In this document: positions 13,543 through 23,478 of the stretch, piece after piece
Layout of the letters: every line of letters begins with the position of its first letter
Numbering within the stretch: the stretch's first letter is position 1
The notes under the pieces: generated by a model
The model's database searches: none
Told to the model about the DNA's origin: nothing
What the model saw: the letters and a program-made list of their open reading frames with translations, nothing else
NCBI GenBank assembly: GCA_048213135.1
Contig: PS015220.1
Span: 1,837 to 47,837, forward strand
Direction of reading: 5' to 3'
DNA length: 46,001 nucleotides
Source: Reclinomonas americana ATCC 50394
Taxonomy: Eukaryota
Position numbers and translations under genes: made by a program

Positions 13543-13895
13543 CTATTGCTGTGGCGGCAAGTTCATGAATTGCTCGTGGAAGGCACGATGCAAGTCGAGA
13601 ACGGCAAGTCGTGCGCGGTTCGTCTCCACGTGTGTGGGATCGGAGGCGGCTGGGTCGGCGTCGGTGTTGACGGGGCGGGCGGGGCGAACGCGGAGCGCGC
13701 TGGGGCGGTATCCCGATAGAACGGTGCGCACTAGTACGGCGGCGGTCGAGAAGGAGAAGCGCACGCGCCACTCCTTGATGGCCAGCTCCGGCTCCTTCTC
13801 GCCGTCCGGCGCGCTCTCGTCGCGCGGTACTTGCTTGATGCGGCGGTACGGGTTGGTGTGTGGTCCGAGGCCCAGTTGCGCATTCACGCGCTCGT
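13543..13895 (-). CDS. C-terminal part of TrmO/TsaA (continuation of the 14516-15491 ORF once that contig is re-oriented)
   Basis: ERVNAQLGLGPHTNPYRRIK...LAIKEWRVRF...VLSGYRP...LHRAF. Joins 15491 in frame with no missing bases (EQL-H-ERVN). Confidence 0.75.
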
Positions 13896-13915
13896 NNNNN
13901 NNNNNNNNNNNNNNN

Positions 13916-14282
13916 GCTGTCCATCTGTGTGTGAGTGTGCACCCGAGTTCAAAAGTCAGTGTGAGAGAGTGTGAGAGGGAGAGGAGTCGGAACAAAAACA
14001 TCAAGCAACGACAACTGATGCACAACATCAAGATTGAGCGTGCGCGCCCACGCTCGCACAGGGTCCAGTGTGAGCACCTGATAGGGGTCCTTGCGAGGCG
14101 CGTGGTTGGGCCCGCGAGTGATCAGCGAGTCAAGTGCCACGAGAACACCCTGTGTGCGAGACAGAGAATGAGAGGAAAGTGAGAGGAGTGTGTGCAACCC
14201 AACGCACTTGATAGTCTCGCGGCCCCGAGTAGAGGGCGGGCTGAAGGGTGGCAGTGGTGGTGGACATGAGACGCCGAAACAT
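13916..14282 (-). CDS. FPGS: N-terminal exons of folylpolyglutamate synthase (on the inverted contig)
   Basis: MFRRLMSTTTATLQPALYSGPRDYQ|GVLVALDSLITR...RTLNLD|MDS joins 15615 in frame to give [18 protein letters not shown]. The 'Y...LDSLI' helix is typical of eukaryotic FPGS N-termini. Confidence 0.75.
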
Positions 14283-14515
14283 GCGTGTGACTCGGTGTGC
14301 GCGCGACTTGGTCGACGACGACGATTGACGAAACCCGGCAATCCTGTCGCGAACGTCGACTGCCCGAGCCACTCCATGACTGAAAGCAGCTCAGCTTCAG
14401 AGGCATAGCAGAAAGAAGGGCGAGCTGGCAATCACCAAAGGCATCAACAAAGAGTGGCGCGAGACGTCGACGGCGAGGCAGGACCGATTTCTTTCTCCTC
14501 CCTTACCTCAATCAC

Positions 14516-15491
14516 ATGCGCATTCAAGTGCACTACGCAGGCGACTCGTCGCGCGACGGCTCGCTGGACGAGGTCGACACCGGCTCGTGCACACTGGACG
14601 CGCTGATCGACTGGGTGCACGAGGAGAGCAGTGGTGCGCCACGGCCGCACCTCGTGCAACTCGTGGATGCATCCTCGCCGGCGTCGTCCATTGTGCGTGC
14701 ACAGTGGCGACCAGCGCGAGTCGGTCACCTCACACTGGCCGATCTGGGTTTGGACGACAGCGGCGAGGGTGCGACGGCGCATTTGCGATTTGTGTGCAGT
14801 GATGAGGCATCATCATCGTCGACCACGACAACGACTACTGCAGCTGCTCCGGCTCCCACAGCTGAAGCTGCTGGATCGTCGTCCACGAACCCCACACTGA
14901 CACTGACGCCGATCGGGTACGCGCACACGCCGTACGTTCAGCGCGCCGATGCGCCACGTCAGCCGGCGGCAGCCGAGGGCGTTCGTGGCACGATCGAGTT
15001 GCTGCCTGGCCACAACTACCATCACGCGCTGTGCGACTTGGACGGCTGGCAGTACATCTGGGTGCTCTTCTGGTTCCACCTGAACCAGGGCTGGAGGCCG
15101 AAAGTGTTGCCGCCGCGCACGGGCGAGTGGCACGTGCGACGCGGCGTCTTCTCCACCCGCTCACCGTACCGGCCCAACCCGCTTGGGCTGAGCGTGGTGC
15201 GACTGGAGCGCGTCGAGGGCCTCACGCTGCACGTGATCAACGTGGATCTGCTGGACGGCACGCCCATTCTCGACATCAAGCCGTACGTGCCGTACACGGA
15301 TGCGATTGTGGTGGAGCAGGCGGCGTCGTGGCTGGAGGCCGGAGCCGGTGATCTGGAGCGCGCGGTGCCGCGCGATCCACGCCCCGCCTACCACGTCGAG
15401 TGGAGCGAGGAGGCACTGGAGCGGCTGGAGTGGCTGCGTGCGCACTCGGAGCTGGTGTCGATCAGCAAGACCATCACCGCCGAGCAGCTGC
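14516..15491 (+). CDS. trmO: tRNA m6t6A37 methyltransferase TrmO/TsaA (5' portion, intronless) with N-terminal ubiquitin/UBX-like extension
   Basis: PIGYAHTPY...APRQP, LDGWQYIWVLFWFHLN, GVFSTRSPYRPNPLGLSVVRL, VDLLDGTPILDIKPYVP are TsaA/TrmO family motifs. Confidence 0.92.
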
Positions 15492-15614
15492 NNNNNNNNN
15501 NNNNNNNNNNNNNNNNNNNNNNNNNNNNNNNNNNNNNNNNNNNNNNNNNNNNNNNNNNNNNNNNNNNNNNNNNNNNNNNNNNNNNNNNNNNNNNNNNNNN
15601 NNNNNNNNNNNNNN

Positions 15615-17954
15615 TTGCGAGCAGTGCATGTGGCAGGCACCAAGGGCAAGGGCTCGACGTGTGCCTTCACCGAGTCGATTCTCCGCAGCTGCGGCTTGAA
15701 GACCGGTGAGTGTGTCTTTGCGCTCTTGTGCCTCACCTCTCCTCCCCCCCTCTCTCTCTCCCTGTCTCACTGTGAAGCCAGGCATGTTCACCTCGCCGCA
15801 CTTGGTGTCGCCGCGCGAAAGAANNNNNNNNNNNNNNNNNNNNNNNNNNNNNNNNNNNNNNNNNNNNNNNNNNNNNNNNNNNNNNNNNNNNNNNNNNNNN
15901 NNNNNNNNNNNNNNNNNNNNNNNNNNNNNNNNNNNNNNNNNNNNNNNNNNNNNNNNNNNNNNNNNNNNNNNNNNNNNNNNNNNNNNNNNNNNNNNNNNNN
16001 NNNNNNNNNNNNNNNNNNNNNNNNNNNNNNNNNNNNNNNNNNNNNNNNNNNNNNNNNNNNNNNNNNNNNNNNNNNNNNNNNNNNNNNNNNNNNNNNNNNN
16101 NNNNNNNNNNNNNNNNNNNNNNNNNNNNNNNNNNNNNNNNNNNNNNNNNNNNNNNNNNNNNNNNNNNNNNNNNNNNNNNNNNNNNNNNNNNNNNNNNNNN
16201 TCTGCATCAATGGCGAGCCCGTCTCGCAAGAGCTCTTCACGAACCATTTCTGGCGCGTGTGGGACACCCTGGCCGGCAGTCGAGTGCGTGCTGTGCTCGT
16301 TTGTGTATGATTGTTTGCTTGCAGTCTCTGACAGACAGCCGCAGTCGGAGGAGCAGCCGGAAATGCCGACGTACTTTCGCTTCTTGACGCTGTTGTCGTT
16401 TCACATATTCTTGGAGGAGCGGGTCGATGTGTCGGTGATTGAGGTGGGCATTGGCGGCCTCTTTGATGCCACCAACATCATACCGCACCCCACTGTCTGC
16501 GGTTGCGTGCCGACTGCTGTTGTGCGCGTTGTCGGGCGTGCCACACTCTAACATTATCATCATTGCTGCTGTGCAGCCTGTGCTTCGTTGGGCATGGATC
16601 ACATGGAGATTCTCGGCAACTCGCTGGCAGAGATTGCCGCCGCCAAAGCCGGTATCTTCAAGGTGCGGACTTGTGTGTGTGTCTGTGTGTGTGTGTGCAG
16701 AGAGAGCGAGGTGGTTGTGAATTCATTGAGGTTTGCATATTTTTCCGATGCGTGTGATTCTTGTCTGCGTAGTCTGGTGTGCCGGCCATTACGGTTCCGC
16801 AAAAGCCCGAAGCCATGGAGGTGCTGACCACGGTTGCCGCGTCGGTCGGAGCCCCGCTCTTCCTTGCTCCGCCACTCGAAGAGTTTGAGCTGGCCACTGG
16901 CGGCGGACCGCTCACTCTCGGCATTGCCGGCGCCCACCAGCGCTACAATGCATCTTTGGCTCTCTCGCTGGCGGCGACGTGGTTGCGCGCACACGACAAG
17001 GCGCACCTGCTGTTGCCGGATCGCTTCATTGCACTGAGCGACGAGGCGGCCTCGGCCAGTGCCGCCGGCGTTCCGACCGCCTTCCGCGCCTTCCCCATCA
17101 CCGAGAAAGTGCGCAAGGCACTGGCGTCGCGCAGCTGGGCCGGCCGCTCGCACCGCCTGCCGTTCGTCGGACACGAGAATGTGGTGTTTTACTTGGACGG
17201 CGCGCACACAGAGGAGTCCATGGAGGTGTGCCACACGTGGTTCACGCAGGAAATTGCGCGATCCGGCGATCAGTGCGTATGCATGTACATGTTCATGCGT
17301 GTGGTGGGGGCGGCGCACGCTTTGCTCATCTCGAACGCGCGCAGCAATCTGACCGTGCTGGTCTTCAACTGCCAGAATACGCGCGATCCCACCGTTCTGC
17401 TGCGCCAACTGTGGTCCGTGGCCCGCCCGCTGTTCGACGTGGTCATCTTCTGCGCGCCCGACTCGACCAAGGCACATCTGCGACCACTGGTCCCCCCAGT
17501 GGCCACGGTGGAGAATGGTGACGCGGGCAGTGGCGGTGGGAGTGGGAGCAGTGGTGCCGCGACGGGCCAGCAAGATGGCGAGGCGTACACGCGTGATCTA
17601 CTGAAGCCGCCGGCGGCGTCGCAGTTGGTGGAGCAGTGTGCGTGGCAGCTAGAACAAATGCGCGCATGGTTGCGTCTGGCCGCCAACTACACCGAGTCGC
17701 AGCTGGAGGACACCGAGGCGCTGGCGAACACGGCGGTGCACAGCTGGGAGCGCCTCATTGGCGGTGTGCGCGCGGCCGAGGGTCCGCCAGTGGAGCCACT
17801 GGTGACGGTGGCACCGTCGGTGGCCGCCGTGCTCGAGTGGCTGTCCGTCGCCGACCAGCGACCGCCACAGTTGCACATTGATGTGCTGGTGACGGGCTCG
17901 TTGTATTTGGTGGGCGACGTGCTGGCTCACTTCTCGCCGCCGACGGCACAGTAG
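15615..17954 (+). CDS. FPGS: Folylpolyglutamate synthase, main body
   Basis: [17 protein letters not shown]...[30 protein letters not shown]...[29 protein letters not shown]. Confidence 0.95.
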
Positions 17955-18548
17955 TAGTAGAACGGAAGGATGAAAAATGGGATGTAAAAAGATGTGTACA
18001 TGATTGCAGCAACACGAGTGGGGAAAGCGGAGCCGGTCCCTGCATTTCCTTTTCACGGTCGATATTGACAGTTTCGACTAGCTTGGAAAGGAAAATCTCG
18101 TGAAATGTCGTGATACCGGCCAGCCAATCTCTCCCTCCACTCCCTGCAACAAGCCACGCCATGCAGCCACCCCCACCAGCTCAACCTAACCGAATCTGAC
18201 TTTGACCGCCACCAGCTCCTTTGGCGCCTCTCAAATTTGAGGCGTTCGTTGTCCATGGACAGTTCGAAGCGCAGCTCTCTCGCGAGCAGTTTCGCGCCCA
18301 AAACATTTACTTGCCTTTCGCGAGAGCACCTTGTTGCCTGTGTGTTTGTGTGTGTGTGTGCACCGCATCTCCTTCCACACTCGCTCTCCCCCTCTCGCAC
18401 CCCCCCACCCTCTCGCTCTCTCTCGTCTTTACACACGCAGCAGAGAGAGTGTCTGTTACTTCTTCGTCTTGCTCTGTTTTGCAAGTTCTTCCGCGTGTCG
18501 CGTCTCGTCTCGTCTCGACTTTAGTGTGCGAAAACCCCCCAACGAAAG

Positions 18549-21500
18549 ATGGCCGACGTGGCAATTGCCTACGATGCCCCTGATCGCCCACGGTGAGAAC
18601 GAATACAACAAACATGTGATATTCGTGTGTGTGTGTGTGNNNNNNNNNNNNNNNNNNNNNNNNNNNNNNNNNNNNNNNNNNNNNNNNNNNNNNNNNNNNN
18701 NNNNNNNNNNNNNNNNNNNNNNNNNNNNNNNNNNNNNNNNNNNNNNNNNNNNNNNNNNNNNNNNNNNNNNNNNNNNNNNNNNNNNNNNNNNNNNNNNNNN
18801 NNNNNNNNNNNNNNNNNNNNNNNNNNNNNNNNNNNNNNNNNNNNNNNNNNNNNNNNNNNNNNNNNNNNNNNNNNNNNNNNNNNNNNNNNNNNNNNNNNNN
18901 NNNNNNNNNNNNNNNNNNNNNNNNNNNNNNNNNNNNNNNNNNNNNNNNNNNNNNNNNNNNNNNNNNNNNNNNNNNNNNNNNNNNNNNNNNNNNNNNNNNN
19001 NNNNNNNNNNNNNNNNNNNNNNNNNNNNNNNNNNNNNNNNNNNNNNNNNNNNNNNNNNNNNNNNNNNNNNNNNNNNNNNNNNNNNNNNNNNNNNNNNNNN
19101 NNNNNNNNNNNNNNNNNNNNNNNNNNNNNNNNNNNNNNNNNNNNNNNNNNNNNNNNNNNNNNNNNNNNNNNNNNNNNNNNNNNNNNNNNNNNNNNNNNNN
19201 NNNNNNNNNNNNNNNNNNNNNNNNNNNNNNNNNNNNNNNNNNNNNNNNNNNNNNNNNNNNNNNNNGCGGGCTCTCGCTCTGGAAAGCCCAGCGCACCGGC
19301 GGCATCGGGTAGCGGGGCGATGCGGTCTTCTGTTGTGAGCCCTCACTGACAGACGTGGGCTCCAGGTACGACAAAACGTTGCAGTGTGCCTTCGGCCAGA
19401 TGACACGCTCAAGAGTGGACGAGCGACCGAAACCAACGGGGGCGCCCATGCGACGGACGGCCGGCGACACAGAGCGTCCACCCTGCGGTGACATGTGACG
19501 CCGTACTGGCGACACTGCAGCGGCGGAGGCGCGCGGGCGGAGCGGCGACACGGTCGGTCGATCGCGCTTCGGCGACTGCTCAGTTGCAGCGGCCTGCGGC
19601 ACTGCAGGCTTGCGCATTGGGCTGGTGGCGGCGACGTGTCTCCGCACCGGCGACGCCGCCGGCGGCATGCGACGCGCTGGTGATGGCGGTGACACCACAG
19701 TCGACGACTGGGCAACTGGGCGCTGTCGCGCCACAGGGGAGCGATCGGCACGCAGCGACGCCGCGGCTTGTTGCAGCTTGGCTGCACGAGACTGCACGTG
19801 ATCCGAGTTGTTAGTGACTTGCGCGCGCGCGAAACCCAGCAAGAGAAAAAAAAAGCAGCGCAAACCATTGGTACCGCTTCCACCGAGCCAGGCTTGACAT
19901 TGTTGGTGGGGCTAGGCTCCTCAGCTGCGCGCAGCTCGCTCTCATACCGATCCATCTGCGTCTTGGCATGGCTCGACGGTGGGCGAGTGGACGGACGCGA
20001 GGAGTCGGGAGTCCAAACAATCTGGGACGACATGAGTGGGCTGTCGACGGACGACGACACGTCGGAGGCCGAAATGTCGGTGACAGAGCCATTGAGTTGG
20101 GCTGGTGATTGCTGCAGCGACACATCCGAATGCCGCTTCGAGGCCAGACGGCGACGCACGCCGGCACTCATACCACCCGACTCAGGAGCACGGGCCGCAG
20201 CTCGCGCAGACGATGGCGTACCCGCAGCGGCATCGGCGGCCGGTGCCGACGAGAACGACGGCTGTGTGGCATGCAGACCGGGGAGCGCCGGTCGTGCTGA
20301 CGATGAAGGCGACGACTCTGCGACTGTGCCACGCGGGGCCGACGCCGACCGCTGGTGCGTGGGAGCGCTGCCGGCACTGGAGGAGGAGGGGCGGCTGCCC
20401 AAAGGCGTGCGTGACCGCTTTTGTGATGCCTGGGCGGGTACAGCAGCCGACTGCAAAATCACACGAGGAATACGAAGTGCAAATTGAGCACGGACTTGAG
20501 CCCTCCACCATCACCTCTCGATCCGGCGACTACACCTCAACTCCCCTCCCTCTCTCTCTCTCACATACACTGTCTCTCACACTTATAGAAACCACAAAAC
20601 GCAAACGCAACTGGTGAAGGTGATGCAGATGGCAAGTCGAGACGAAGTGCACCTCGATTCACGGCCGTCCAGTTTGTGACTCTGCATGATATCCACACAG
20701 TGAGTAATTGAGAAGGCGACAAAGAGTTGTGTGTGCGTGTGGGTGGGTGGGGGCAAGGAGAGAGTGAAAAGTGGTGCTTGTGCGCGCGTGATGCCCAGGA
20801 CATTTTGCACGAGACACCAAAGTGTGTGCACCAGTCACGAAACGCATAAGAAAGGATACCAGCACATGACACTCCAGCAGGCACACACGCGCGCAAAAGA
20901 GTATCTCAACACACACGCACAAGCAAGAGATGCGATGCGATTGAAAAAAAAAGACACTCACACAGCGACTCTCAGANNNNNNNNNNNNNNNNNNNNNNNN
21001 NNNNNNNNNNNNNNNNNNNNNNNNNNNNNNNNNNNNNNNNNNNNNNNNNNNNNNNNNNNNNNNNNNNNNNNNNNNNNNNNNNNNNNNNNNNNNNNNNNNN
21101 NNNNNNNNNNNNNNNNNNNNNNNNNNNNNNNNNNNNNNNNNNNNNNNNNNNNNNNNNNNNNNNNNNNNNNNNNNNNNNNNNNNNNNNNNNNNNNNNNNNN
21201 NNNNNNNNNNNNNNNNNNNNNNNNNNNNNNNNNNNNNNNNNNNNNNNNNNNNNNNNNNNNNNNNNNNNNNNNNNNNNNNNNNNNNNNNNNNNNNNNNNNN
21301 NNNNNNNNNNNNNNNNNNNNNNNNNNNNNNNNNNNNNNNNNNNNNNNNNNNNNNNNNNNNNNNNNNNNNNNNNNNNNNNNNNNNNNNNNNNNNNNNNNNN
21401 NNNNNNNNNNNNNNNNNNNNNNNNNNNNNNNNNNNNNNNNNNNNNNNNNNNNNNNNNNNNNNNNNNNNNNNNNNNNNNNNNNNNNNNNNNNNNNNNNNNN

Positions 21501-23352
21501 NNNNNNNNNNNNNNNNNNNNNNNNNNNNNNNNNNNNNNNNNNNNNNNNNNNNNNNNNNNNNNNNNNNNNNNNNNNNNNNNNNNNNNNNNNNNNNNNNNNN
21601 NNNNNNNNNNNNNNNNNNNNNNNNNNNNNNNNNNNNNNNNNNNNNNNNNNNNNNNNNNNNNNNNNNNNNNNNNNNNNNNNNNNNNNNNNNNNNNNNNNNN
21701 NNNNNNNNNNNNNNNNNNNNNNNNNNNNNNNNNNNNNNNNNNNNNNNNNNNNNNNNNNNNNNNNNNNNNNNNNNNNNNNNNNNNNNNNNNNNNNNNNNNN
21801 NNNNNNNNNNNNNNNNNNNNNNNNNNNNNNNNNNNNNNNNNNNNNNNNNNNNNNNNNNNNNNNNNNNNNNNNNNNNNNNNNNNNNNNNNNNNNNNNNNNN
21901 NNNNNGCTCCTGACTTCCGGTCGTTGCAGCGACTCGGACTCGCCCCACGCCGTGGTGGCGCGGGAGAACGTCGGCGCAGAAGTCTCCTGATCGCGGCCAT
22001 TCAACGCCAGGTAAGTGTGCGTCACAGTGTTGCTCTTGACTTCCGGTCGTTGCAGGGACTCAGACTCGCCCCATGCCGTGGTGGCACGGGAGAACGTCGG
22101 CGCAGAAGTCTCCTGATCGCGGCCGTTGAGCGCCAGGTACGTGTGCGTCACCGTGTTGCTCTTGACCTCAGGGCGTTGCAGCGACTCAGACTCGCCCCAT
22201 GCCGTGGTGGCGCGGGAGAACGTCGGCGCAGAAGTCTCCTGATCGCGGCCATTCAACGCCAGGTACGTGTGCGTCACAGTGTTGCTCTTGACCTCAGGGC
22301 GTTGCAGCGACTCAGACTCGCCCCACGCCGAGGTGGCGCGAGAGAACGTCGGCGCAGAAGTTTCCTGATCGCGGCCATTGAGCGCCAGGTAAGTGTGCGT
22401 CACAGTGTTGCTCTTGACCTCCGGTCGCTGCAGGGACTCGGACTCGCCCCACGCCGAGGTGGCGCGAGAGAACGTCGGCGCAGAAGTCTCCTGATCGCGG
22501 CCATTCAACGCCAGGTACGTGTGCGTCACAGTGTTGCTCTTGACCTCAGGGCGTTGCAGCGACTCAGACTCGCCCCACGCCGAAGCGCTGTGCGAGAACG
22601 TAGGCGCAGAAGTCTCCTGATCGCGGCCATTGAGCGCCAAGTACGTGTGCGTCACCGTGTTGCTCTTGACCTCCGGTCGTTGCAGTGACTCAGACTCGCC
22701 CCACGCCGATGTGGCGCGAGAGAACGTCGGCGCAGCAGTCTCCTGATCGCGGCCATTGAGNNNNNNNNNNNNNNNNNNNNNNNNNNNNNNNNNNNNNNNN
22801 NNNNNNNNNNNNNAACACTGTGACGCACACGTACCTGGCGTTGAATGGCCGCGATCAGGAGACTTCTGCGCCGACATTCTCCCGCGCCACCACGGCATGG
22901 GGCGAGTCGGAGTCGCTGCAACGACCGGAGGTCAAGAGCAACACGGTGACGCACACGTACTTGGCGCTCAACGACCGCGACCAGGATTCTTCGGTGTGTG
23001 GACCTTCTGCCTCGCTCTTCCTATCACTGCGATTCTCGATTTCTCACTGCTTTCTCCCCCGCAGGTTGCTCCACCGTCCAAGTTTTACAAGTATCCGTTC
23101 AACGAGACCGCCCCGCAGCGTCCACCTGCTCGGCGGCCGTACTATGGAGATGCGCTCGGATACATTGATCCGATGCGCGAGCGCGACGTCCAGACAACGA
23201 CGAAGCCAGATTGCGGCGTGGCACTGTCAAAGCCGTTCCACTGGGAGCAGCATTTCCGCAATCGTGGAATCTACGTCCCGGTGTACTACGCGGAGGAGGA
23301 GAATGTTGACGCGCAAGCACATAAGAAGCTTTCGCGTCCGCTTCCGCAGTAG
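18549..23352 (+). CDS. Ser/Pro/Arg-rich protein with about 8 copies of a 42-aa repeat; two internal contigs (19266-20976, 21906-22760) are assembled inverted
   Basis: Exon 1 MADVAIAYDAPDRP is on +. The Ser/Pro-rich exons and repeats read on - within gap-bounded contigs. Repeats resume on + at 22814 with an exact in-frame join (EVRS|NTVTHTY). Last exon ends ...RPLPQ-TAG. Confidence 0.65.
21906..22986. repeat. 126-nt coding tandem repeat (LALNGRDQETSAPTFSRATTAWGESESLQRPEVKSNTVTHTY), about 6.8 copies plus 1.4 copies after the gap
   Basis: 126-nt period directly visible; most differences between copies are synonymous in this frame. Confidence 0.95.
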
Positions 23353-23478
23353 TGGAGGTTGGGTTACTATCATTATCAGCAAGTAAGAAAGAGGTGTTTG
23401 CTGTGTGCAGAAATGTGAGGAAAAGAAACGAATCGTTAATGAATTGAAAGAGTTAATTTGCTAGCCGATATATACTTG

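Noticed and set aside
14516-17954. Apparent TrmO-FPGS fusion on the + strand
   Set aside because: Re-orienting contig 13916-15491 gives exact in-frame joins for two separate complete genes.
13896-22813. Ciliate-style gene scrambling
   Set aside because: All breaks coincide with N-gaps and lack pointer repeats, so assembly error is the simpler explanation.
21906-22986. CRISPR-like array
   Set aside because: No unique spacers; the period is a multiple of three with synonymous variation; the context is eukaryotic coding sequence.
22580-22990. Long inverted repeat/hairpin centred on the gap at 22761-22813
   Set aside because: Caused by the inverted contig 21906-22760, whose other end joins 22814 in frame as a direct repeat.
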